The position numbers and the translations under genes were made by a program. DNA of 62,237 nucleotides from a virus (Duplodnaviria; Caudoviricetes), in the IMG/VR virus record IMGVR_UViG_3300016665_000348, positions 1 to 62,237 of that record, one strand, 5' to 3'. Below the pieces are notes generated by a model. The model saw only the letters and a program-made list of their open reading frames with translations. It searched no databases and had not been told where the DNA came from. Position 1 is the stretch's first letter. Each line of letters begins with the position of its first letter. This document shows, one piece after another, positions 40,143 through 49,868 of this stretch.

Positions 40143-41462
40143 TCAGAATCCCAAGTCCAACAAAACAACCTCACCTGTTTCTTTTCGCAATCCCCAATTG
40201 CCAGGATGGAAATCAAAAGAAGCAACATCGCAAGATTCAAGTTTTTGCATTAGTTCTTTAAACCACTCATTGTTTTCAAGCAAATGGTCCCTGATATCAT
40301 CAAGAGCAGGCCAACCAGCAAAAAGATCGGTTATTTCATCATCGTGTTGAAAGTTGTAACCAGTGATTTTGTTTATGGCTTTGACGAATGCAGCCTCGCG
40401 GTTTGCAAAAGAAAACAAGTTTTCTTCAATAAGCCACTTAAAACCATTTGGATCAAAATCAAAAATCTTGACTGCAAACTTCGATGTCATGCACGTTGCG
40501 TTTTGGTATTCTTGTTCGTTTTGATTGCCTTCCCGTTTTGTTGGTAAAAGCACCTTGATTATTTTGGATGAATCAATTTCCCAAACAACTCTTCCTTGTC
40601 CTTCAGCAAGTGGTTTTCCCAAGTTGCTCATACAGTATTCTGTTATCTCACTGAGATCTGTCATGGACTTCAGGAGGCCCAGAGAAAAACCGACAACTTC
40701 TCGTTCTTCTTTAAAAAACTGATCTTCAGGGCTTATGTCTTGTTGATTGAATCCAAGGTCCAATAAAACGAGACGCCCATCTTTGGAACGAATTCCCCAG
40801 TTGGCATGGTGGAAATCCCAACTTGCAAACTTGCAATGCTTTGTTTTTGTTAAGAAGTTTTGATACCAACTGCTTTGTTTCAAAGCTTGTTGATGAATAT
40901 CAAGATACCTTTGGTCCACTTCTGGGTCGGCTTGACTGATGTAAGACAAAGCGGCAAAGTATTGTTTGATGTCAAAAGAGTCTTGGAAAGATACAGGTGG
41001 TGTTAGCCCCATCAAATTGTTAAGAGAAACGATCAACTGTTCTTTTTTAATAGGTTGTATTCTCTCTTCTAAAAGCCAGTTGAAATTTTTGTCGTGTTCC
41101 AAAACCTGAACTGCCAACTCTGGACCAAGGCAAGAAGCATTGTTTACTTCATTAACATTTTGATATTTCTTGTTGTCGCTCAAAGCAACCTTAAGAACTG
41201 TTTGTTCATCAATTCCATAAGTGACTCTGGCTTGCCCACTCCCTAGCGGTTTTAATGTCCTTCTAGCGTAATCTCTTATCTCTTTTGAGGTTTTAAGACT
41301 TCTAAGATGTTCCAAAGAGAAAGTTTGGGTTGGAACAGTTTCTTCCTCGGATTGAGCAAACTTTTCCGTGCTTCCTTTGCCAGTTTTTAAAAAACCAAAA
41401 ATCTCTTTAAGTTCTTCTTTCGCTGTTTCACGAATAAAGGAGTTGAGTTTTGAGTGATGCAT
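40143..41462 (-). CDS. Tandem two-domain minimal protein-kinase-like protein
   Basis: Two full motif sets: GSGQARV..WDFHHANWG..LDLGF and AEGQGRV..FDFHPGNWG..LDLGF. Confidence 0.8.
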   Translation of the reverse strand: MHHSKLNSFIRETAKEELKEIFGFLKTGKGSTEKFAQSEEETVPTQTFSLEHLRSLKTSKEIRDYARRTLKPLGSGQARVTYGIDEQTVLKVALSDNKKYQNVNEVNNASCLGPELAVQVLEHDKNFNWLLEERIQPIKKEQLIVSLNNLMGLTPPVSFQDSFDIKQYFAALSYISQADPEVDQRYLDIHQQALKQSSWYQNFLTKTKHCKFASWDFHHANWGIRSKDGRLVLLDLGFNQQDISPEDQFFKEEREVVGFSLGLLKSMTDLSEITEYCMSNLGKPLAEGQGRVVWEIDSSKIIKVLLPTKREGNQNEQEYQNATCMTSKFAVKIFDFDPNGFKWLIEENLFSFANREAAFVKAINKITGYNFQHDDEITDLFAGWPALDDIRDHLLENNEWFKELMQKLESCDVASFDFHPGNWGLRKETGEVVLLDLGF

Positions 41463-41532
41463 GTGGGTAATTATGAAATTTTACCCAAGAAACTCTTTTT
41501 GAAATATAAGAGCGCAGAGTATACTAGAGAAG

Positions 41533-44500
41533 ATGAGTATTGCACCAAAAAGATTCGTAGGGCTTCATAGCCACACAACATATTCCACTTATGATGCCAT
41601 TGGAAGACCTCAAGATCACATAGACTTTGTGCTTCGAAATGGTGGCGATGCACTGGCGTGTACCGACCACGGAAACATGAACTCGTTTTCTCACCAATAT
41701 ATTCACGCTGAGAAAGTTAAAAAAGCTGGGAAACACTTCAAAGCGATTCACGGAGTGGAAGCTTACTTTGTTCCTTCTCTGGCGCGTTGGAAAGATCTGT
41801 ACGAGGCACAGAGGGCCGAGAAAGCACGAGAACGTGCTGCGGCATCATCCCGTCGCCCAGCGGCCTCAGAAGAGCCCCTTCTGCTCAATCTAGGCGATGA
41901 CATGGCAAGCACGGTTTCAGAACTTGAGGGCATTGCCGAACTCAAACAAGAGGAGGTAGATCTTGATGATTCCGGTGGCACCATTGTTGAAAACGAAGAA
42001 GAGTCAAAAGGTGCAGCAAGCAAGTACAGAAATCCTCTCTATCAAAGAAACCACTTGGTATTGTTGGCAAAAAATGATGAGGGTCTAAAATCTCTTTTCA
42101 AGATTGTGAGCAACTCTGCTGCTGATGGGTTCTATCGTTATCCACGCATTGATCTTGATATGTTGCAAAAGCATGGCAAAGGCAACATTATTGCCTTAAC
42201 CGCTTGTATTGCAGGCTATCCTGCCAAGATCATCTTTGACCATCAAAAAGAACCAGACCACAAACTCTGGGTTCCAAACACTGATAACTTTGAAGAGATT
42301 CAAGCGGAGCTTGCATTGGCCATTTCAGAGTTTCAAAACGCCCTTGGAAAAGAGAACTATTACTTGGAGCTTCAGTTTAACAAGCTTGGCGCACAACATC
42401 TTGTGAATCAACACTTGATCGAAGCATCGAAACGCACAGGTTGCCCACTGGTTGTGACCTGCGATGCTCACTATTCAGATCCAGCGCACTGGAAAGAACG
42501 CGAGATCTATAAGATGATGGGAATGCTTCAGTTTCTAAAACCAGATGGTGAGCGTCGCCAGATCCCACAAACCATTGAAGAGTTGAAATGTGAGCTTTAT
42601 CCGAAAAACGCCGACCAAGTTTGGGAGAGTTACAAAAACTATGGGAAACCATATTCGTTCTATGAGGATGATGTTATCAGAGAAGCCATTGAGCGAACGC
42701 ATGACATTGCACATCAGCAAATTGAAACTGCTCATCCAGACAGAAGAGTGAAGCTGCCTTCGATTGAAAAAATTGTTGCACCAGAAGAGCTTGTTTCTTT
42801 GAAACAAGAGTTCGGAGAAGAAGCAGATGAAGATACACTAGCCTTCAAAGAAGTCAAAAAGTTGGCTGTTGAAGGTTTGGTGATGCGCAAACTGCAAAGA
42901 AAGCAAAACTACGTTGATAGACTCAAGTACGAACTTGAAGTTATCAAGACGTTGAAGTTCGCCAAATACTTTCTGACATACTATCAAATTATGAAGATTG
43001 CTAGTGAGCACATGCTCATTGGTAATGCTCGTGGTTCTGCTGGCGGTTCCCTGTTGGCATATGTTCTAAACATTACGCAGATGGACCCGATTAAACACGA
43101 TTTGTTGTTTGAGAGATTCATGACAAGAAAGAAAAAAGCTTTCCCTGATATCGACTCCGACTTCGCTGATCGAGAAAAAGCTGTTTCTCTGTTGCAGGAA
43201 TACTTTGGTGAGGAAAACGTCATCCCGGTTTCCAACTTTGCTGCTTTGAAACCGCTATCTTTGATTAAAGACTTGTGTAAGTTGTATGGTGTACCTTTTG
43301 AAGATGTTAACAAGTACACAACAACCATGATCCAAGAAGTGATGGCGGTCAAGAAGTCGGAGCCCGGTTTTGATGCTGCACAGTACGAACTAACTTTTGA
43401 AGATTTGGCTGCACACTCGGCATCTTATCAAGAGTTCATGCAAACAGTTGCTAGTAGCTTTCCTGGGTTTCAAGACACTCTTGATGTTCTGTGGAAGCAG
43501 CAAAGGACTGTTGGCAGGCACGCAGGCGGTGTTATCATCACTGACAATGCTCGTGAAGCCATGCCGCTAATCAAAGCTAAAGGCGGCTTACAAACCCCAT
43601 GGCCCGAAGGTTTGGCTGCTAGACACCTAGAAGAGTTCGGATTGCTCAAGTTTGATGTTCTGGGTTTGGGCACGTTGCGAGTGTTTGAAGAGTGCATCAG
43701 AAGAATTCTTAAGAAAAACGGCCAAAAGTACGTTACTCAGAAAGATATCAACAAATGGTTCTTTGAGAACCTGCATCCTGACAACAACCCAATGAACGAC
43801 CTCAAGGTGTACAAGAACGTTTATTGGGAGGGTAGATATGCTGGCGTGTTTCAGTTCGTCAAAGACAATGTGCAGAAGTTTATGCAGAAAATGCAGCCTA
43901 CTTCTGTGCTTGATATTGCAATTGCAACTTCCATCTTTCGCCCCGGGCCTATGGGATTGGGAGCACATGAAATCTTTTTGAAGAACAGAATGAACCCAGA
44001 AGAAGTGAACTATGTTCACCCTATTCTGGAAGAGATTTTGGGTTACACAGGCGGTCTTTTGATTTTCCAAGAGCAGTTGCAGTTGATTGTTAACAAGCTA
44101 TCGGCAATGCACTTGGATGACACAGACGGTATCCGAAAAGCATTTACCAAGAAAGATAAAAGCAATGCAGAAAAACAAGCGAAAGAGATTAAATCTCTTG
44201 GAGAAAAGTTTGTTGCTGACTCAATGGCACACTCAGGAATCAGCCAGAAAGATGCTGAGTTGGTTTGGGCAGACTTTGAAAAGTGGACAGCATATGGCTT
44301 TAACAAGAGTCATGCTATGGCATATGCGATCACGTCCTATCAATGTGCTTGGCTCCTCACTTATTACCCTGACGAATGGATTGCAAGCTACCTTGACTTT
44401 GCTACAGTAGGAAAAGGCAAGTCTGCATCTGGAGAAGATCCAAAGTCAGTTGCTTTGATGGAAGCAAGAACTCTTGGTTACAAGATTGGTAAGCCAGATA

Positions 44501-45276
44501 TCAACTTCTCTGATGATAGCTTTACTATTCGAGACGGCCGCAAACTGATCCCTTCTTTTTCGGCAATCAAAGGAGTTGGACAAGCAGCTTTGCAGGAGAT
44601 TAAAGCCTACAGGCCATATTCGAAAACAGCAGATCTAATTGTCAATGCCGATGGAACTTGGAGACATAGCAAGTTTAACAAACGTGCTTTTGGCAATCTG
44701 ATAAAAACCGGCGCGTTTGAATCTATGGGTTTGGTTGGACCAAACAGTGTTTTTGCCAACTACAAACAAATGCACACTGTGTTTATTGACAACTATGACA
44801 AACTCAAAAGGATAGCAGCTAGAAAAAAGAACAATGATGTAGTAGCTGAATTAAACAGGTTGATTGAAGAGATCAAAAACAATCAACCAGAGGATTGGAC
44901 AACAGAAGAAAAGATTGAGTTCAGTAAAGAACTCACTGGTCAAGTAGATGTGTCACTTGTTGTTTCTGAGGAGATGCTTGATTACTTTACTAAAGCCAAG
45001 ATTGAATCTGTTGACTCTTGGGCAAACCAAGATGACTTCTATTGGGCAATCATTGATTCATGCTCTGTTGAAAAATCATCAACAGGTAGTGACTATTTGA
45101 AAGTCGCTTTCCATGGCGACTCAGGAACCAAAAGAAGTTGTAAAGTTTGGAACTTTGATAGAACCAAACACACACCGTTTAAGAAAAACGATGTGTTGAT
45201 AGGCAAGTTTCAAAAAGATAATTGGGGAATGAAGTCGTTTCCTAACAAACTTAGAGTTCTTAGATCAAAAACCTAA
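41533..45276 (+). CDS. dnaE: DNA polymerase III alpha subunit (family C)
   Basis: PHP motifs LHSHTTYS, TDHGN, GVEAY, HLVLLAKN, DAHY; polymerase motifs RGSAGGS, PDIDSDF, HAGGVII, KFDVLGL, FRPGP, YGFNKSHA. Confidence 0.95.
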   Translation: MSIAPKRFVGLHSHTTYSTYDAIGRPQDHIDFVLRNGGDALACTDHGNMNSFSHQYIHAEKVKKAGKHFKAIHGVEAYFVPSLARWKDLYEAQRAEKARERAAASSRRPAASEEPLLLNLGDDMASTVSELEGIAELKQEEVDLDDSGGTIVENEEESKGAASKYRNPLYQRNHLVLLAKNDEGLKSLFKIVSNSAADGFYRYPRIDLDMLQKHGKGNIIALTACIAGYPAKIIFDHQKEPDHKLWVPNTDNFEEIQAELALAISEFQNALGKENYYLELQFNKLGAQHLVNQHLIEASKRTGCPLVVTCDAHYSDPAHWKEREIYKMMGMLQFLKPDGERRQIPQTIEELKCELYPKNADQVWESYKNYGKPYSFYEDDVIREAIERTHDIAHQQIETAHPDRRVKLPSIEKIVAPEELVSLKQEFGEEADEDTLAFKEVKKLAVEGLVMRKLQRKQNYVDRLKYELEVIKTLKFAKYFLTYYQIMKIASEHMLIGNARGSAGGSLLAYVLNITQMDPIKHDLLFERFMTRKKKAFPDIDSDFADREKAVSLLQEYFGEENVIPVSNFAALKPLSLIKDLCKLYGVPFEDVNKYTTTMIQEVMAVKKSEPGFDAAQYELTFEDLAAHSASYQEFMQTVASSFPGFQDTLDVLWKQQRTVGRHAGGVIITDNAREAMPLIKAKGGLQTPWPEGLAARHLEEFGLLKFDVLGLGTLRVFEECIRRILKKNGQKYVTQKDINKWFFENLHPDNNPMNDLKVYKNVYWEGRYAGVFQFVKDNVQKFMQKMQPTSVLDIAIATSIFRPGPMGLGAHEIFLKNRMNPEEVNYVHPILEEILGYTGGLLIFQEQLQLIVNKLSAMHLDDTDGIRKAFTKKDKSNAEKQAKEIKSLGEKFVADSMAHSGISQKDAELVWADFEKWTAYGFNKSHAMAYAITSYQCAWLLTYYPDEWIASYLDFATVGKGKSASGEDPKSVALMEARTLGYKIGKPDINFSDDSFTIRDGRKLIPSFSAIKGVGQAALQEIKAYRPYSKTADLIVNADGTWRHSKFNKRAFGNLIKTGAFESMGLVGPNSVFANYKQMHTVFIDNYDKLKRIAARKKNNDVVAELNRLIEEIKNNQPEDWTTEEKIEFSKELTGQVDVSLVVSEEMLDYFTKAKIESVDSWANQDDFYWAIIDSCSVEKSSTGSDYLKVAFHGDSGTKRSCKVWNFDRTKHTPFKKNDVLIGKFQKDNWGMKSFPNKLRVLRSKT

Positions 45277-45924
45277 GTCCAGAATGATCAATTCGCCCGT
45301 TCCAGGGCGAATTCCCCAATTTCTATAATGAAGGTCTTGAGAATTCACTTCGCACTGTTGAAGAGCTTTAACAAGATTTTGAACCCACAAAGATTCATTA
45401 AACAAGGGATATAAGGCTTCATATTTTTCTTTTTCGTAGCCTTCGACCAAGTGCTCAAAAATATCCGCTATCATCATAGATGTATCAACTAGCGTATATC
45501 CTATGTCAGTTTTCATTTCCAAAAATGTATCAATTCTTTTTCCGATTTCTGCAACGAATCTTTGTTCACTAAGTGGTTGAAGTTTTTCTTCAATTATCCA
45601 AATGCCGTTGTGGTGATGATCAAAGATTTTAATTGCATAAGATGGGCCAAGACATTCTGCATTATGAATCTCATTGAGATTGTGGCTTATTCCTTCTTCT
45701 TCGATGGCAAGTTTGATAATTGTATTGTTGCCAATATCCCAAATCTCCCTAGTTTCTCCTGATGCATTAGCCATGCCAAGAGTTAATATCAAATATTCAC
45801 GAATTGTTTTAATTTCATTAACTTGATGTTCGAAACTGTCACTTGGGATACTTTTCAAGTCCGTCAAAGAAAACTTTCCCTTGCCTTCATTCAGCCAACA
45901 ATAAAATTGTTTTAACGTTCTCAT
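45265..45924 (-). CDS. Minimal protein-kinase-like protein (paralog family)
   Basis: Leader MRTLKQFYCWLNE; SGETREIW, IIK, HNLNE, QDLHYRNWG, IILDLGF. Confidence 0.8.
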   Translation of the reverse strand: MRTLKQFYCWLNEGKGKFSLTDLKSIPSDSFEHQVNEIKTIREYLILTLGMANASGETREIWDIGNNTIIKLAIEEEGISHNLNEIHNAECLGPSYAIKIFDHHHNGIWIIEEKLQPLSEQRFVAEIGKRIDTFLEMKTDIGYTLVDTSMMIADIFEHLVEGYEKEKYEALYPLFNESLWVQNLVKALQQCEVNSQDLHYRNWGIRPGTGELIILDLGF

Positions 45925-45925
45925 G

Positions 45926-46606
45926 TTAAAATCCTAAGTCCAGAATGATCAATTCCCCAGAACCAGGGCGAATCCCCCAGTTTTTATGATGAAAATCATG
46001 TGCTTCAACTTGGCACTTTCTCAAACCCGCTATTAAACCTTTATACCATGGATTGTTCATCCATGCTTTTATATTGTAAGGAGAAGATGATGCAGGCGAG
46101 CCTACAGCGAACTCTAGTGCCATCATGAAAGTGTTTTCCTTCGAATCCAGCTTATCTAAAGTTGCTTGTTGAGTTGCAGAGTGCGTTGGTTGAGGGAAGC
46201 TAGGAATAGGCCCCAAGCGTTTTTCGAGCTCACTGATAAAAGCTTCAAGACTGAGTGGTTGGATTTTCTCTTCCGCAATCCACCAGAACTCATGGTGTTT
46301 TGCTGTTAGTTGAACAGCGTATTTCTTTCCAAGGCACGAAGAGTTCCTAGATTCATTCGCATTCTGTTCAAAATCAACCTCATCACCATCAGATCTTAAG
46401 ATCTTCAAAACGGTTTTACCATCTATCTCGTAAGTCTTTCTATAAATGCCTTGACCCACTTTCTTCAATCGGTTTTCCACATATTCTTGAGCTTCTTCTA
46501 ATGTTTCACAAGCATTCAACTCATCAATTGAAAATCCTGTGGTTTCAACTTCCAAAGCCTGAAGCTCTTCTTTTAAAATGCTTTTAATGAATTCTTGGAG
46601 ATCCAT
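45926..46606 (-). CDS. Minimal protein-kinase-like protein (paralog family)
   Basis: Leader MDLQEFIKSILKEE; GQGIYRKTY, VLK, QNANE, HDFHHKNWG, IILDLGF. Confidence 0.8.
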   Translation of the reverse strand: MDLQEFIKSILKEELQALEVETTGFSIDELNACETLEEAQEYVENRLKKVGQGIYRKTYEIDGKTVLKILRSDGDEVDFEQNANESRNSSCLGKKYAVQLTAKHHEFWWIAEEKIQPLSLEAFISELEKRLGPIPSFPQPTHSATQQATLDKLDSKENTFMMALEFAVGSPASSSPYNIKAWMNNPWYKGLIAGLRKCQVEAHDFHHKNWGIRPGSGELIILDLGF

Positions 46607-46648
46607 AATCGAATTTAAATAGAAAAGGCATTGTGCTATTCTATAAGA

Positions 46649-47785
46649 ATGAAGATACAATCAGGGTACATACCAACAGATATCGTGTACGTTTTAGGAT
46701 CAACAACCGAAGTAACATCTCGTTGGAAGTTGGCTGATCAAACGACCGAAGAACTGAAATACATAAAGGTTATTCCGGCAAGCATTTATGTCCCTGATGA
46801 TCGAGTTAAGATTAACCGCGCTATTCAACAAGTCAAAAGAGAAACATATACGCCAGATGAAGTAAAAGCTGTAATGGTGTCGAACAAACCACTAACACGA
46901 GTTCAAGTTGTCACTAGCGAGTTAAGCAAAGAAGGCATGGTCTATAAAGTAACCACTTCCGAAGGTTACTTCTTTGAGATTTCTGGGGATGTTTTGCTTG
47001 AAGCCATGAAAAACATGGGAGTCGAGCATGGAGGATATCTCAAAGGCGAGTATGTTTGGGCTAAAATAAGAAATGAAATGCATCTAATCCGAAAAGACTC
47101 TGAGCTTTTCAATGTCTTAGTAGAACAAGGGGACAGAGCTTTACTTTCACCACTTCCTTTAAAAACTCTTAAACCTGGTGGTGTTTATCTATCACCAGAT
47201 GGCAAACAAGGCGTCTTTCTTGGTTATGTTTCTAATGAGCAACTTGCGCTAAAATGGCCCATCAAAAATCCAGAACTCTATTACATCTTCAATATTGAAG
47301 ACCGTGCCATGCCCATGCCGTGTCTTTCTGTAAGAAAAAACAACTCCGTTATGTTGTGGTTTATTGCGCCTTACAACAAACTTACGCTTGACCCGACAAA
47401 CGCACTAAGCAATTACTTCAAAAACGATTTATCAAAAGCGCATATTTCTTCTTCATTCAAACTTAAAACATCTAATCCCTTTGTTAAACAGATTGACCAA
47501 ATAGACATCCCAGAAAACATCATTGACTTAGTTCAAGCCAAAGCACTTTGGACATACAAAACAACACTGGCTCATTGCATTGACACTCAAACGCACAACA
47601 ACAACAGAAAGTTTTTCTTGGAAGTGATTAAAATTGCCATCAATGCCGCACCCTATTGCTTTATGAGAGCTAAAGGCGCTTTGCCGGTTAGTTCAACCGA
47701 TAAACTTCTGGATTGGTTGCGAGAAATGAACAAAAAGCCTATCAACTTTAAAAATCCAACTTTTCTGCTTGAAAAGATAAAGTAA
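46649..47785 (+). CDS. Hypothetical protein
   Basis: About 378 aa; ATG at 46649 lies 6 nt after TGcTATTCT. Confidence 0.7.
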   Translation: MKIQSGYIPTDIVYVLGSTTEVTSRWKLADQTTEELKYIKVIPASIYVPDDRVKINRAIQQVKRETYTPDEVKAVMVSNKPLTRVQVVTSELSKEGMVYKVTTSEGYFFEISGDVLLEAMKNMGVEHGGYLKGEYVWAKIRNEMHLIRKDSELFNVLVEQGDRALLSPLPLKTLKPGGVYLSPDGKQGVFLGYVSNEQLALKWPIKNPELYYIFNIEDRAMPMPCLSVRKNNSVMLWFIAPYNKLTLDPTNALSNYFKNDLSKAHISSSFKLKTSNPFVKQIDQIDIPENIIDLVQAKALWTYKTTLAHCIDTQTHNNNRKFFLEVIKIAINAAPYCFMRAKGALPVSSTDKLLDWLREMNKKPINFKNPTFLLEKIK

Positions 47786-48176
47786 GTTTGATTTCTGCGA
47801 GTTCATTGGAACTATAGTCCAGGTCATCATAGTCAATACGTTCTATTGCCAACCCCTTGAAAACTGTTTTCGATATAATAGTTCCACAAGAATCCAACAA
47901 GAGAATCGTTGCTTCTCCAAGCCAATCTTGATTTTTGATCAAGTGATACAACTGCTGCATGGTAGAAGGTGCAATGGAATGGTGCAAAGTGACTACCAAA
48001 CGTTTATGAGAGTTCCTTTCTTCATAACTGGCATTGTTTTGGGGTTTAATGAAAGGAGCTCTTTCGACTTTTTTAACCAAAAATGAATCAAGTCCTTCCA
48101 GCTTGAAAAGAAAGTGTCTTCTGAAAACAGAAGTGAATTTGGTTGGCAACATAGTTGATAGGTTTAAACTGGTCAT
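47748..48176 (-). CDS. Tail tube-like protein (T4 gp19-like)
   Basis: FLFKLEGLDSFLVKKVERAP...LLDSCGTII...FKG...IDYDDLDYSSNELAEIKLTLSF matches the tube-protein pattern. Confidence 0.7.
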   Translation of the reverse strand: MTSLNLSTMLPTKFTSVFRRHFLFKLEGLDSFLVKKVERAPFIKPQNNASYEERNSHKRLVVTLHHSIAPSTMQQLYHLIKNQDWLGEATILLLDSCGTIISKTVFKGLAIERIDYDDLDYSSNELAEIKLTLSFQAEKLDF

Positions 48177-48253
48177 AAGTTTAAGTATTTGCAGATCTAA
48201 TTTTGAATCTGCCCCGTTGTAAATTGAATCTATTTAAGCGTACAGGTGTTGTA

Positions 48254-49180
48254 GTGTCTATCAACGAAAAAAATCTCCAAGAAATTGCAAAAAACGCAGT
48301 TAGAGTCTCGCTGGAAAGGCAAGGTGTTTTGTCCGCGCCTCCCTCAGTAAAAACAAAAATTCTTGAGGCGGTTAAAAGCAGTAAAGAGCTTTTGAAAGAG
48401 GCATTGGTTCTTATTCCCAAAACATTTGTTCTAAAAACAGAATGGCTTTCAAGTAAAACAAAAGAAGCTCATGAGAAGCTTTACAAAGATTACATTGCTC
48501 GATTCAACCAAGCTTCTTCTGAGTTGGATGTAGTAAGCCGTGAAGACTCAGTAAAGATGAGAAGCCTCAAGCTGGATGAAACGTACAACTTTAATGCTGT
48601 GAAGTTGCATGAGTTGTACTTTGGGAACATTGCAGATCAGCAGTCTGAGATTCATCGAGACAGTATTCCATACATGCGTTTGAGTCGTGATTGGGGCAGT
48701 TTTGAGAACTGGCAGTTTGATTTTCGCGGCACCGCCCTTAGTAGTCGTGAAGGCTGGGTGATTCTTTACTACGATCCATTTAAAGACAAATACATGCACG
48801 CAATGATTGATGGGCACACAGAGAATGTCCCAATCTGTGGTATCCCTGTTTTGGTTTTGGATATGTGGTCACATGCTTTTTACAAAGATTATCTAACAGA
48901 TAAAAAATCTTATGTAAACGCCATGATGCGTGAAGTGAATTGGAACATTGTAGAAGCCAGAATGGTTATTGCTGAAAGAGCCAATCTGAAAGATCTCTAC
49001 CTTGTTCGTCCTTTAGTGAACAACACTCCTCAAAAAATGATTGATCAAGCAAGCAACACTCCTCCAATTGGAAATGACCAAGTGGCTCCCGGTGGAGTTG
49101 AGCGTTTCCCTGCTCCTGGCTCAGATATGCAAATAAACCCAAGACCAGTTGTTGGTTCTCAACAAACAAACGGAAGATGA
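48254..49180 (+). CDS. Fe/Mn superoxide dismutase-like protein with N- and C-terminal extensions
   Basis: EAHEKLYKDY, KLHELYF, WGSFENW, GWVIL, PVLVLDMWSHAFYKDY, VNWNIV; probable GTG start at 48254. Confidence 0.75.
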   Translation: MSINEKNLQEIAKNAVRVSLERQGVLSAPPSVKTKILEAVKSSKELLKEALVLIPKTFVLKTEWLSSKTKEAHEKLYKDYIARFNQASSELDVVSREDSVKMRSLKLDETYNFNAVKLHELYFGNIADQQSEIHRDSIPYMRLSRDWGSFENWQFDFRGTALSSREGWVILYYDPFKDKYMHAMIDGHTENVPICGIPVLVLDMWSHAFYKDYLTDKKSYVNAMMREVNWNIVEARMVIAERANLKDLYLVRPLVNNTPQKMIDQASNTPPIGNDQVAPGGVERFPAPGSDMQINPRPVVGSQQTNGR

Positions 49181-49187
49181 CAAGAAG

Positions 49188-49862
49188 ATGAGTACAAAAA
49201 AACGACCAATGCTGAAAGACTTTGCTCACCTTCTTATGGAGGAAGGCGCTCCCATCAATCCATCGGATCCTCAGCCAATTCCGGCTGAACTTCAAGGGCT
49301 TTCTTTGGACATGAAAGTCGATTCATACTTCATGAAGTATGAAAAAGAAAGCCTTCCAACTCAACAAAACTACCAAGTTCCTGGTACGGACTTGGGTGTT
49401 CCTGGTGGCCTTATTCCGCCAGCCGGAGGCGCAAATCCAGGGATCAATCCCACCGCACCTGTTGGTGGCGTAGCAATGCAGGAAGGCTTCAAGAAGGTAT
49501 TCTTGACTCTTTTAGAGGCCGAAGGTGATGATCCAATGGGAGATCCAGCAGGCGGAAGCGAGGAAGCTCCCGTAGAAGTTCCACAGGAACCAACTGTAGA
49601 GAATCCTCGTTTTAATGTTAAGAACTTTGCACAATCTGTTGCAAGGCTTGTTTTAAACTATGAGGGTTTGCTTGATCCAAAAAGCACAATTCTCAACAGA
49701 GCTCGTGCTTACGTTGAGAAAAATTACGACGCTGGGGTTGCAAAACAACTGATGGATATTCTTTCTTCGCAGTTTCAACTAACTCCTCGTTACGAAGGAG
49801 ACACTGTACCAGTACAAGCACCACCAGCCGCAGGAGCGTGGACCGGAGTGGGAGGTGGGTGA
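49188..49862 (+). CDS. Hypothetical Pro/Gly/acidic protein, possible head-associated or scaffold protein
   Basis: MLKDFAHLLMEE and FLTLLE|AEGDD segments with low-complexity linkers. Confidence 0.6.
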   Translation: MSTKKRPMLKDFAHLLMEEGAPINPSDPQPIPAELQGLSLDMKVDSYFMKYEKESLPTQQNYQVPGTDLGVPGGLIPPAGGANPGINPTAPVGGVAMQEGFKKVFLTLLEAEGDDPMGDPAGGSEEAPVEVPQEPTVENPRFNVKNFAQSVARLVLNYEGLLDPKSTILNRARAYVEKNYDAGVAKQLMDILSSQFQLTPRYEGDTVPVQAPPAAGAWTGVGGG

Positions 49863-49868
49863 TAACGT

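Noticed and set aside
41533-45276. Intein in dnaE
   Set aside because: No Cys/Ser...His-Asn splice termini; polymerase motifs are contiguous.
45272-45955. Diversity-generating retroelement TR/VR pair
   Set aside because: The repeat is the shared 3' end of two paralogous genes, and no reverse transcriptase is present in the window.
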